Positions 41,391-50,409 of a DNA stretch of 64,000 nucleotides are shown here, in pieces. Under the pieces are notes generated by a model. The model was not told where the DNA came from. It saw only the letters and a program-made list of their open reading frames with translations, and did not search any database. The number at the start of each line of letters is the position of its first letter. Position 1 is the first letter of the stretch. A program made the position numbers and the translations under genes. The stretch covers positions 1 through 64,000 of the forward strand of contig CAVXEP010000006.1 of the NCBI GenBank assembly GCA_963760795.1, in the 5' to 3' direction. The stretch comes from an uncultured delta proteobacterium. GTDB taxonomy: Bacteria; Desulfobacterota; Binatia; UBA9968.

Positions 41391-42418
41391 ACGTAACCGC
41401 TGACGAGCTGCGCGAATACATCGAGACCTTTCATCGCACTCTGGCGGACTCAGTGCAAAAATATCTTCCTCCAGGGCATTCGTCCGATCTTTTTCATACT
41501 TCACTTTTACCAGCACGAATCACGGGATACGTGTCAACGCAATTCGGCGTGGCAATCGAGTACGAGGGAGCTACTAAAACCTCGGTTGATATCGTTCGCG
41601 GTAGTGCACGCGTCGAAGATTTGTTCATCAAGATGCCTGCGACTGTGCGTCGACATACCCGGCGCAACCACGTCATTATTGCCGCGCATGGTTGTGGCCT
41701 CTCCAACTTTACCTTAGAGGGAGGCTATCCCTTTCAACTGGCAAACGAGACCACGTCCGTCACAATTGTAAACATGACTTTTGTGGTTCGTTCATGGAAA
41801 CGCGTCGTTAAATTTGCCGAGGTGTTTGGGTCCCGCAAAGCGTCGGACTGGACTATAGGGAAGGCAGAGTCGAAGGCGAAAGATGAAGTGCTCGCCGCAA
41901 TGCTGCAACTGACGAAGGCTCGTGAGAGAAAGATCGACATCTCGCGGTACATTAGAGAATTTAAGGACAAGTCCGTTCTCGTGCTCGGCGATTACCATGA
42001 AGCAGGACTTGAGCGGCTCAAAAAAATCGCCGACGCTTTGGTCGCGCATGGCTACGAGCCAGTCCTAGTAAAGGATATTCCGGACAATCCCCATCAAGAC
42101 ATTTCCCAGAAGGTCGTGGCCATTGGAGCCGTTTGCCGATTCGTTGTGATCGAGGACTCGTCACCCTCTGGCCATTTGCTAGAAGCTCAGCTTTGCAAGC
42201 AGAACGACTGGATTACTGTCCTATTAAGAGCCGGTGGTATCGGCGCGTCGTGGATGACCGCAGGAGCGTCACATGCAAGTAATGTCGTCAAGGAACTGTC
42301 ATATGAGCCGGCTTCTCTAACGCTAGCAATCGCAGAGGCTGTGCAATGGGCCGAAAATAAACTGGAAGAGCTTCAGGTCAAATTTGATAGTACTTATCCA
42401 TGGCGATCAAACTCTTGA
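41387..42418 (+). CDS. Two-domain protein: unknown N-terminal domain plus a TIR/NDT-like alpha/beta C-terminal domain
   Basis: GGAG RBS 8 nt before TTG 41387; C-terminal pattern SVLVLGDY / helix / GYEPVLV / CRFVVIEDSSPSGHLLE / TVLLR. Confidence 0.7.
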   Translation: MNVTADELREYIETFHRTLADSVQKYLPPGHSSDLFHTSLLPARITGYVSTQFGVAIEYEGATKTSVDIVRGSARVEDLFIKMPATVRRHTRRNHVIIAAHGCGLSNFTLEGGYPFQLANETTSVTIVNMTFVVRSWKRVVKFAEVFGSRKASDWTIGKAESKAKDEVLAAMLQLTKARERKIDISRYIREFKDKSVLVLGDYHEAGLERLKKIADALVAHGYEPVLVKDIPDNPHQDISQKVVAIGAVCRFVVIEDSSPSGHLLEAQLCKQNDWITVLLRAGGIGASWMTAGASHASNVVKELSYEPASLTLAIAEAVQWAENKLEELQVKFDSTYPWRSNS

Positions 42419-42802
42419 GCCCACCATGCACAAAAAATAGCCCCGAGCTTGCTTTTCGGCGCTTATCGTTATGCCTTTCGCCCGTGGTGAAGGTTGATAA
42501 CAAAATCTTTGTCTTTCGCGTGCTGTATTTCGAACCGTTTCGGTTTTGAAGACGTTCATTATCCAGCGCTGTAGCTTTCTCGTGGCGATCCTTCATGGTG
42601 GGCGTAAGATTCTCGTCAGGGCGATTCGTCACGGCATTCGACGCGACAGCGCCTGTCCACAGTTTAAAAAGTTCCGATTTCTCTTGGGTGATTGTCTGAA
42701 ACTGCGGGTATTTCCATCAGCGATCTACGCTTCATGCTGTTCCCTTCATCTTCGGGCACTGGGCTAACGCTAGGTTGGATGACCGGGACAGGCTACGTTT
42801 AT

Positions 42803-43111
42803 TCACGAGATTCTCGGTGCGTCGATTGAGTCGAGTAGCAGTTTCGACTTGACCGCCAGCTCGATGACAGCGGCCTGTTGAGCCGAGATAGCATCCTTCC
42901 CGCCAAGGTTGCTAACCAGTTCCTTACGCCACTCCGCTAGCGCTCGCCCGGTTGCGGTACGCTTGTCTATCAGTCTGTTACCCAAGCCGTTGACGGCCCG
43001 CTTGAGCACAGTTAGTCCATGCGTTTGGGCGTTTTTGTTGCCGGGGCGCGCCCGTCGACTATGCTTTCGGACCGGCACCGGTTTGATTATGGTTTGATCG
43101 TCGTTAGCCAT
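42803..43111 (-). pseudogene. Phage/satellite-type small protein (terminase-small-like GNKNAxxHG motif), truncated
   Basis: PGNKNAQTHG..LIDKRTATGRALAEWRKELVSNLGG..SAQQAAVIELAVKSKLLLDSIDA then an abrupt stop; LVNKR continues in another frame. Confidence 0.55.
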
Positions 43112-43199
43112 TGGGTACTTTTAAGCGACTTTACGGTTCCTGAGTCCTCTTATTTTCTGCTTAGATAGAACTTGCAAGTCGTTGCTAGCACTGGTCTCA

Positions 43200-43440
43200 C
43201 CGGGTTCAAACCCCGGGCCCGCAACCAAATAATTAAGGGGTCTTCACGGCCCCTTTTTTATTTTCCCAGTCGCACCGCGCGTAATCGTCCGCGCCCAATC
43301 TTAGGCTTGTAGGCTTGCGTCGCCGCTCAAATCCCGGCCCCGCAACCAAATACTTAAGGGGTCTTCATGACCCCTTTTTTATTTTCTCCAGTTGCACCGC
43401 GCGCAATCTTCCGCGGCCATCCTGTAGGCTTGCGTCGCGG
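43200..43440 (+). repeat. Two tandem 121-bp-period units: tRNA 3' end, terminator and tail
   Basis: tRNA copies 43200-43227 (26/28) and 43327-43348 (22/22), each followed by aaggggtc..cccctttttt and ..gcaccgcgcg..tgtaggcttgcgtcgc. Confidence 0.9.
43356..43380 (+). terminator. Intrinsic terminator (second copy at 43235-43259)
   Basis: ggggtc-ttcat-gacccc followed by T6. Confidence 0.8.
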
Positions 43441-43516
43441 CCCAGAGCTGGTAAATTTCATGCAGCAAAGCTTTTCCAATTAGCATCGTCAATGTTACAG
43501 ACGAAACGATCGATCG

Positions 43517-44188
43517 ATGAACCACGCAACAAAGACAAATCGCGTCATAATTGCCGCATGGCTATGCGCTGTACTACTGCTCTGCTTCGGCCATCCGGCG
43601 TGGCCTTCGCGCCACTACACCGCCAAACAGATGGAAGCCTTGGCCAGCCGGGTGGGGCAGACTTTTTGGAGCCAACCGCTGGAAGGCAAGGGGCCAAGCT
43701 TCGCCACCGCGCCGGCAGCGACTGCCAAACTGGTTCGCGTCGATACGGTTGAGTCGTTTCAGATCTCGGCCCTGGTCGGACAAGCGGCCAAGAACCCCTA
43801 CTACAAAATCAAGCGCGAGAACGGCCAAGAAGGATTTATAAGCCCAGAGCAGTTTCTCGAAGCGTTAAATTTGACGATCGTCACCACCGATCCGGCCGCC
43901 GAAGAAAAGCGAAAAAGCGCCGAACTCACCGAGGCCGACAAGAAACGGGTCGAATGGATCCGCGCTCAGCCATGGTCGCCGGCGGTCAAAGAGGCGGCGA
44001 TCAAACGACAACCGGTTCCGGGATTGACCAGTTCCGAAATCAAACATGTCTTGGGGGCGCCAAGCCGGGTAACAAAAGTGCAAGGTCCGATCAAGGTCGC
44101 CGAAGAGCAGTGGCTTTACCCTGACGGCTCGGTGCTGATATTTCACAACGGGCTATTGAGTAAGGTCGAGCGGAAGGAAACCAAGTGA
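43517..44188 (+). CDS. Exported hypothetical protein with a BamE/SmpA-like C-terminal motif
   Basis: Signal peptide; PGLTSSEIKHVLGAP..EEQWLY..LIFHNGLL. Confidence 0.75.
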   Translation: MNHATKTNRVIIAAWLCAVLLLCFGHPAWPSRHYTAKQMEALASRVGQTFWSQPLEGKGPSFATAPAATAKLVRVDTVESFQISALVGQAAKNPYYKIKRENGQEGFISPEQFLEALNLTIVTTDPAAEEKRKSAELTEADKKRVEWIRAQPWSPAVKEAAIKRQPVPGLTSSEIKHVLGAPSRVTKVQGPIKVAEEQWLYPDGSVLIFHNGLLSKVERKETK

Positions 44189-44210
44189 TCCATCTAATGG
44201 GAAATAGTTT

Positions 44211-44285
44211 TTCACAACGTAGGACATGAAGAGCACGAAGTTCGGAGATTTGGTCATCTGAACACTTCGTGACCTTCGTGGTGAG
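44211..44285. repeat. Nonamer IR element between convergent genes
   Basis: ttcacaacgtaggacatgaagagcacgaag ... cttcgtgaccttcgtggtgag. Confidence 0.75.
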
Positions 44286-44325
44286 TTACTCCCCCGATAA
44301 ACTACCAACAGCGTGAGACACTCCA

Positions 44326-44823
44326 CTAGAGACGGAGCTTCTTAAGTTTATCCTGGCGCTTGCGCTCCGCTTTTGACAGCCGGTTTGTCCCGCCGCGAGC
44401 GGCTTGGCGATCCTGCCAATCGTCAAACTCATCCGCGCCACCGGGAAAGTCCAGCTCTTGCAAGATCTCGCTAAACTCCTGGGCGTGAATCGCTACCGCG
44501 CCGAAGCGTTCCACGGCGTTGCGAATTTCGCGATCCGACGACACCACCACCGCGCCGCTGTTTTTTTCCCGGGCCAGACGAATGACCACGGCATCGGCCT
44601 TTTCACCCAAGCGCGAATAGACAATCGCAATACCATCTTGGGCGAGACGAGTTTCGCTGGCGGAACCTGAGCGCCAACCATCGAACACCACTGTCAGATT
44701 CATCGGCTTCGCTTGGCGGTAACGAATTAAATAATTGATAAGAGAATTGCGGCTCTGTTCCAGCCCGCGATCCAAACGCTTTTCAAGCGCGAGTAAGTTG
44801 TAGCCATCGATAATCAGGTCCAT
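44326..44823 (-). CDS. NYN-domain RNase (YacP/Rae1-like)
   Basis: LIIDGYNL, VVFDG, EKADAVV, VVSSDREI. Confidence 0.9.
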   Translation of the reverse strand: MDLIIDGYNLLALEKRLDRGLEQSRNSLINYLIRYRQAKPMNLTVVFDGWRSGSASETRLAQDGIAIVYSRLGEKADAVVIRLAREKNSGAVVVSSDREIRNAVERFGAVAIHAQEFSEILQELDFPGGADEFDDWQDRQAARGGTNRLSKAERKRQDKLKKLRL

Positions 44824-44943
44824 AGTCAACCCATCCTAACGACTTCTCGCAACTATGGCAAAAACGGGAATAATCGAGACAGTTGTCAAAACGACAAAAA
44901 ACAGGTAAAACCAGTTCGATTTTCTAACGGAGGATCGTGAGCA

Positions 44944-46116
44944 TTGTCCCTAACCATTAAAAAAGCCAAACGAATCAACGATTTACCACCTTACCTCTTT
45001 GCTGAAATCGACCGCCGCAAACGTGAAGCTCTGAGCCGTGGGGTCGACCTCATCGATCTTGGCATCGGAGATCCCGATATCCCGACCCCGGCAACCGTCG
45101 TCGAGAAACTGCTTGAAGGCGCCAGCCGGCCGGTCAACCATCGCTATCCCAACAGCTCGGGAATGGCGGAATTCCGCCAGGCGGTATCGACTTGGTATAA
45201 ATCCCGCTTCGGCGTTACTCTGGACCCGGGCAAAGAGGTCTGCTCGTTAATCGGCTCGAAAGAAGGGATCGGCAACATGGCGGTGGCCTTCGTCGATCCC
45301 GGCGACATCGTCCTGGTTTCGAGTCCCTGTTATCCGGTCTATCATATCGGCACCGCGTTCAATGGCGGCAAGAATTATTTCCTGCCATTGAAGAAAGAGA
45401 ATCACTTCCTGCCGGACCTGGACGCGATCCCAGCCGACGTGGCCAAGCAAGCCAAATTGCTCTGGATCAATTATCCGAACAATCCAACTGCCGCAGTCGC
45501 CGACAAAGATTTTTACCAGCGGGTGGTCGCCTTCGCCAACAAGTATAACGTCATCGTCTGTCACGATGCCGCCTATACCGAGATGGGTTACGACGGTTAT
45601 CGTCCGATGAGCTTTCTCGAAGTCGACGGCGCCCGCGAAGTCGGTATCGAATTTCACTCGCTGTCGAAGACCTTCAACATGACCGGCTGGCGCATCGGCA
45701 TGGCGGTGGGCAATCCGGAAATTGTCGGCGGCTTGGCTCAAGCTAAATCTAATCTCGATTCGGGTATCTTCCAGGCGGTGCAAGAGGCCGGCATCGAGGC
45801 GCTCCGCCTGGGCGACCAAATCGTCGAGCCGTCGCGCAAGATTTACCAGGAACGCCGCGATATCTTAGTCGATGGTTTGCGGGCCGTCGGTCTCGAGTGC
45901 GAAAAGCCCAAGGCGACGTTTTACGTCTGGGTGAGCTGTCCCAAAGGACTTTCGTCCGCCGACTTCACCAGTAAACTGCTCGACGAGGCCGGCGTGGTCA
46001 CGACCCCCGGCAATGGTTTCGGTGAAGCCGGTGAGGGCTATGTCCGTTTTACCGTGTGCGTCGATAAAGAACGGCTCCGGGAGGTAGCGGAAAGGATTCG
46101 CCGCGTCAAGCTCTAG
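44944..46116 (+). CDS. dapL: LL-diaminopimelate aminotransferase
   Basis: LPPYLFAEID, LGIGDPD, LIGSKEGI, NYPNNPT, HDAAY, EFHSLSKTFNMTGWRIG; precedes folK. Confidence 0.88.
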   Translation: MSLTIKKAKRINDLPPYLFAEIDRRKREALSRGVDLIDLGIGDPDIPTPATVVEKLLEGASRPVNHRYPNSSGMAEFRQAVSTWYKSRFGVTLDPGKEVCSLIGSKEGIGNMAVAFVDPGDIVLVSSPCYPVYHIGTAFNGGKNYFLPLKKENHFLPDLDAIPADVAKQAKLLWINYPNNPTAAVADKDFYQRVVAFANKYNVIVCHDAAYTEMGYDGYRPMSFLEVDGAREVGIEFHSLSKTFNMTGWRIGMAVGNPEIVGGLAQAKSNLDSGIFQAVQEAGIEALRLGDQIVEPSRKIYQERRDILVDGLRAVGLECEKPKATFYVWVSCPKGLSSADFTSKLLDEAGVVTTPGNGFGEAGEGYVRFTVCVDKERLREVAERIRRVKL

Positions 46117-46139
46117 CACGGCGTTTCCCAGACGGCACC

Positions 46140-46643
46140 ATGGCCAGCGTCATCACCCATCAAGTCTACATCGGCGTCGGCTCCAATGTCGGCAACAAGC
46201 GGGAGAACTTTTTTGAAGCCGTGGAGCGCGTCGGCAAACTGCCCGACACTCGAGTAATCAAAGAATCCTCGCTCTACGAAAGCGAACCGCTGGGCGACGC
46301 CAAAGAATGGTACGTCAACGGCGCTATCGAAATCGAAACCAAATTCAAACCGGAAGCGCTGCTCGAAAAGTTCAAAAACATCGAGCGGGTCATGGGGCGC
46401 AAGAAGGTGAAGAAGCGCTGGGGCGCAAGAATTATCGATCTCGATATATTGCTATTCGATCTCGCGGTGGTGAAGAAAAAGAACCTGCGTGTGCCTCACC
46501 CGGAGATGGCCAGCCGCAAGTTTGTGCTGATCCCGTTGAGCGAGATCGCACCGCAGGTGATCCATCCCGAACTCGGCGTCACCATTTCCGAACTGCTGAT
46601 CAACGTCAAAGACGACAAGAAGATTCATCTCTATCATGTCTGA
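46140..46643 (+). CDS. folK: 6-hydroxymethyl-7,8-dihydropterin pyrophosphokinase
   Basis: IGVGSNVG, SSLYESEP, RWGARIIDLDIL, PHP..RKFVLIPL. Confidence 0.96.
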   Translation: MASVITHQVYIGVGSNVGNKRENFFEAVERVGKLPDTRVIKESSLYESEPLGDAKEWYVNGAIEIETKFKPEALLEKFKNIERVMGRKKVKKRWGARIIDLDILLFDLAVVKKKNLRVPHPEMASRKFVLIPLSEIAPQVIHPELGVTISELLINVKDDKKIHLYHV

Positions 46644-46675
46644 GGCAGCACCTCCGCCCTCGAGCTAGGAGCAAC

Positions 46676-46903
46676 ATGACCCTGCTCCGCCTGCTGTTTC
46701 TTTGCATCGTCATCTATATCATCTATTCGGCGCTTAAGCCGCTGCTCCGCGGCGGCAAGAAACCGGCTGACCCGGCGCGACTCGGCGAGGATATGGTGCT
46801 CGATCCGCAATGCCAAGCCTATGTGGCCAAATCGGCAGCCGTGGCGCGCCAAGGAAAGTATTTTTGCAGCGAAGAATGCGCGCGGCGCTATCTAACCGGC
46901 TAG
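46676..46903 (+). CDS. Small membrane-anchored YHS/TRASH-motif protein
   Basis: RBS aggag; TM helix then MVLDPQCQAYV..YFCSEEC. Confidence 0.82.
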   Translation: MTLLRLLFLCIVIYIIYSALKPLLRGGKKPADPARLGEDMVLDPQCQAYVAKSAAVARQGKYFCSEECARRYLTG

Positions 46904-48307
46904 GGCTTGGAGAATCTTGTCGTGGACACCGTCGAAGCCGCCGTTGGACATCACGAGCAGCACGTCCCCTGCCCGGCACTGGCGCGCGACATGCTCAGCG
47001 ATGGCCGACGAGTCGGCAATCGTCAGCGCCCGCTCAGCACCGCCAATGCGGTTAATTTCGCCAATCAGATCTGCAACCGACAAGCGTTGCTCTTCGGGAA
47101 CGCGCTCAGGCTGGAAGACGCCGGCAACAATGGTTTTGTCGGCCAGGGCCAGCGCCGCAGCGAACTCTTTTTTAAAAACATTGCGCTTGCTGGTATTGCT
47201 GCGCGGCTCGAAGATCGCCCAGAGCCTGCGGCCGGCATAGGCGCCGCGCACCGCGTCGATGGTTTCGCGCACCGCGGTCGGATGATGGGCGAAGTCGTCG
47301 ATCACCGTCACACCGCGCATGGCGCCGCGCACTTCTTGGCGCCGCTTGACCCCTTTGAAAGTACTAAAGCCTTCCCGTAGTTTTTCGCCGGCGATGTCCA
47401 TGGTTCGGCCCATGGCGTAGACCGCCAAAGCATTTTTGACGTTATGAAGGCCGATGACCGCCGCCTCGATCAAACCTTCAGATCGACCCTTGAAACAGGG
47501 TTCGAAAAAGCTTCGTCCCTGGTCGAACTTAACATTTTGGGCGGTCCAATCACCGGACTCGCCATAGGTTGCCGACGGCGCTTTCACCGCACGGCTTAGC
47601 GCAAGCGCGTCAGGATAGTCGCTGCAAACCAGTAATGATCCATCCGCCGGAATAATGTCGACAAGTTTGGCGAAAGCACTCTTCACATGGTCGAGGTCGC
47701 GGTAAATATCGGCGTGGTCGAACTCGACGCTGGTCAGGATGACATGCCGGGGCCGGTAGTGAAGAAACTTCGGCCCCTTGTCAAAAAATGCCGTGTCATA
47801 CTCGTCGCCTTCGATCACCACATGCTCACCCGTGCCGGCGTTCCAGCCACTGCCAAAGTTTAGCGGCACGCCGCCGACGAAGAAACCGGGATCGAGTCCG
47901 GCGCTGGTCAGCACCCAAGCGGCCAAAGCGCTAGTGGTGGTCTTTCCATGGGTGCCGGCGACCACCAGCGAACTGCGCGTGCCAATCAGAAAGCGGCCCA
48001 GCGCCTGGGGGAACGAAATATGATCGATGCCTTGGTTCAGCACCACTTCGGCTTCGGGATTATTGCGCGACACCGCGTTGCCGATAACCACGAGATCGGG
48101 ACGCGGCACGAGATGCTCGGCACGATAGCCGGCGAGCACGTCAATGCCGATGTCGGCCAAGTACGTGCTCATCGGCGGGTAAATATTTTGATCCGAACCG
48201 GTGACGCGATAGCCACGCGCCTTCAGTAGCCCAGCCAGTGAGGCCATGCCGACGCCGCAGATCGCGGTCAAATGAATATGGCTACCAGCGGGCGGCAGAT
48301 CGCTCAT
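46892..48307 (-). CDS. mpl: Murein tripeptide ligase
   Basis: HIHLTAICGVGMASLA, GSDQNIYPPMST, AGTHGKTTT, EGDEYDTAFFDK, DDFAHHPTA, FEPRSNT, MSNGGF. Confidence 0.95.
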   Translation of the reverse strand: MSDLPPAGSHIHLTAICGVGMASLAGLLKARGYRVTGSDQNIYPPMSTYLADIGIDVLAGYRAEHLVPRPDLVVIGNAVSRNNPEAEVVLNQGIDHISFPQALGRFLIGTRSSLVVAGTHGKTTTSALAAWVLTSAGLDPGFFVGGVPLNFGSGWNAGTGEHVVIEGDEYDTAFFDKGPKFLHYRPRHVILTSVEFDHADIYRDLDHVKSAFAKLVDIIPADGSLLVCSDYPDALALSRAVKAPSATYGESGDWTAQNVKFDQGRSFFEPCFKGRSEGLIEAAVIGLHNVKNALAVYAMGRTMDIAGEKLREGFSTFKGVKRRQEVRGAMRGVTVIDDFAHHPTAVRETIDAVRGAYAGRRLWAIFEPRSNTSKRNVFKKEFAAALALADKTIVAGVFQPERVPEEQRLSVADLIGEINRIGGAERALTIADSSAIAEHVARQCRAGDVLLVMSNGGFDGVHDKILQALAG

Positions 48308-49476
48308 GGGAAAAGCGCCTTCATAATCAGGTCGTGTACTTGGGGACGGAAGTCGCGAATCTTTTCATTCTTACGGCTTGGGTGCACCCGGTTGGTCAAT
48401 AGGATGACATGACAGTTCTTGTCGAGATCCCACCACATCGAGCAGCCGGTGAAACCGAGATGGCCCACCGACCGGGACGAAAACAGCGTGCCGCTCGACG
48501 AATTGGCCGGCGACGGCGTGTCCCAGCCCAAAGCATAGGTCGAGTTCGGCACCGAAGTATCCTTGGTCAAAAATTCTTGCATCACCGACTGCGGCAAGAA
48601 ATCGTCCTTGCCGTGCAGACAGCGGTTCATGCGCAGGAGAAAAGTATGCACGTCGCGGGCTGAAGAAAACAGCCCGGCATGGCCGCACACTCCGCCCATG
48701 GCGTAGGCGTTGTCGTCATGGACTTCGCCGCAAAGAATTTTTTTGCGCCACGGACAGTTCTCGGTGGGCGCGATCATCGCTTCCACCGGTTGGAGCCGGC
48801 GTTTGCGCAGCTCGGTAAGATCGACAAAGCCAGTGGAACGAAGTCCGAGGGGTTTAAAGATGCGCTCCTGGCAGAAACGGTCGAGGCCATTGCTGGTGAT
48901 GGTTTCGACGGCCTCGGCCAACACCATAAATCCAAGATCGCTATAGAGCGCCTGGGCGCCGGGCGCGCTCAGCGGCTTGTCACGGTGAATTTGCTCCAAC
49001 ACATAACTTTTCGCCGCGCGGCTTGCGAAAAAGTTGATCCGCCCGGCCTTTTCCATTTTGACGATTTCCTCATGGTAGGGCTTCCACGCCGCCAGACCGG
49101 ACGAGTGGTTGAGTAGTTGGCGAAACGTCGTGAGGTTTTTGCCGAACACGCCGAACGTGGGAATGATGCGGGTGAGTTTATCGTCGATGCGCAGCTTGGC
49201 TTCGCGCACCAGCAACATGATCGCCACCGTAGTCGCCATCGGTTTGGTGAGCGAGGCGAGATCGAACGTGGTATCGGTCTGCATCGGGCTCTTCTGCGGT
49301 AGCAACGAGCGATAGCCGAACGTCTTCTCAAAGACCACCTGCTCGTCCTTGCATACCAACACCACCGCGCCGGGAAAGACTCCTTGAGTCACCGCTTCGT
49401 TGAAGGCGTTCTCGACCGGTTGAAAATCCATGACCATAAAATTTTGCGTATCGAAGTATGCCGTGGACGTTGACAC
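48304..49476 (-). CDS. Serine hydrolase of the beta-lactamase/class C family, no signal peptide
   Basis: FDLASLTKP (SxxK), LLNHSSGL, YSDLGF, GEVHDDNA, GHAGLF, GHLGFTG, LTNRVHP. Confidence 0.9.
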   Translation of the reverse strand: MSTSTAYFDTQNFMVMDFQPVENAFNEAVTQGVFPGAVVLVCKDEQVVFEKTFGYRSLLPQKSPMQTDTTFDLASLTKPMATTVAIMLLVREAKLRIDDKLTRIIPTFGVFGKNLTTFRQLLNHSSGLAAWKPYHEEIVKMEKAGRINFFASRAAKSYVLEQIHRDKPLSAPGAQALYSDLGFMVLAEAVETITSNGLDRFCQERIFKPLGLRSTGFVDLTELRKRRLQPVEAMIAPTENCPWRKKILCGEVHDDNAYAMGGVCGHAGLFSSARDVHTFLLRMNRCLHGKDDFLPQSVMQEFLTKDTSVPNSTYALGWDTPSPANSSSGTLFSSRSVGHLGFTGCSMWWDLDKNCHVILLTNRVHPSRKNEKIRDFRPQVHDLIMKALFP

Positions 49477-49500
49477 GCGCCGCGGCTGAGCGCAGCGCTG

Positions 49501-50409
49501 CTACAAAACCGGCGACTCAAGCATTTCCAAGGTTGCGCCGTCGCCATCCAGGCGCATCTTGACGCCAAAGGGGATGGCAAAATTCTCCTCGCCGTGACCG
49601 GCTGGCAGCCCCATCACCACCGGATAGGGCGCATGACCGAATATGTCGCCGACCACCGCGCGGACATCGCGCGGTCCCTGATCCGCACAAAGTGTGAAAT
49701 CACCAAACACTACGCCAGCCAGATGGTCAAGCTTGCCGGCCATCTTGAGGTGCATGAGCATGCGTTCGACGCGGTAGGGCGCTTCGCCAACATCTTCAAG
49801 AAACAGGATTTTGCCACGGCTGTCGATCTCGTAGGCGGTTCCCAGCGTGGTCACAAGCATCGATAAACAACCGCCGGTCATCTCCGCCTCGACCTGGCCG
49901 GGCCGCAGGGTTTCACCCAAAGCGATTTTCCAGGCGCGCTTGCGGCCGCTCAACATACCCCAAAAATGCTCCTGACTCCGGTCGCTCAAGCCGCGGGCCA
50001 GGTCGGTCGCCACCATCGGACCGTGGATCGTCACCATGCCGCAGCGGCGGCGCAGCCAGTTGAGCAGGATCGTAATATCGCTATAACCGACGAAGAGCTT
50101 GGGATGCTTTCCGAGGTCTAGACCCAAGTATTCGAGTGTTTGGATCGAACCGAAGCCGCCACGGGCACAGAAGATCGCGGCAATATCGCTGCGGCGAAAA
50201 AAATTGGCTAGGTCTCGTCCACGATCGGCAGCGGCGCCGGCCAGATAGCCGTTGTTTTGGTAAATGCCAGGCGCCAGTTCCACGTTGTAGCCCTGAGCTT
50301 CGATGGCGGCAACCCCGGCCAGCAGCGACCCCGGCTCCACACAGCCTGCTGGCGCGACCACGCCAATGCGGGCTCCCGGCGTCAATGGCGGCGGCTTATG
50401 CACAGTCAA
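49501..50409 (-). CDS. ldcA: LD-carboxypeptidase (S66)
   Basis: VAPAG, CARGGFG, GYSDIT, HGP, FLEDVGE, GH. Confidence 0.93.
   Translation of the reverse strand: MTVHKPPPLTPGARIGVVAPAGCVEPGSLLAGVAAIEAQGYNVELAPGIYQNNGYLAGAAADRGRDLANFFRRSDIAAIFCARGGFGSIQTLEYLGLDLGKHPKLFVGYSDITILLNWLRRRCGMVTIHGPMVATDLARGLSDRSQEHFWGMLSGRKRAWKIALGETLRPGQVEAEMTGGCLSMLVTTLGTAYEIDSRGKILFLEDVGEAPYRVERMLMHLKMAGKLDHLAGVVFGDFTLCADQGPRDVRAVVGDIFGHAPYPVVMGLPAGHGEENFAIPFGVKMRLDGDGATLEMLESPVL

Larger units (their letters stand above)
40335..43227. mobile_element. Decayed integrative islet in the tRNA-fMet 3' end (no integrase)
   Basis: Bounded by the tRNA 3' end and a 26/28 copy at 43200-43227; visibly more AT-rich than the flanks; orphan ORFs. 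Confidence 0.8.
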
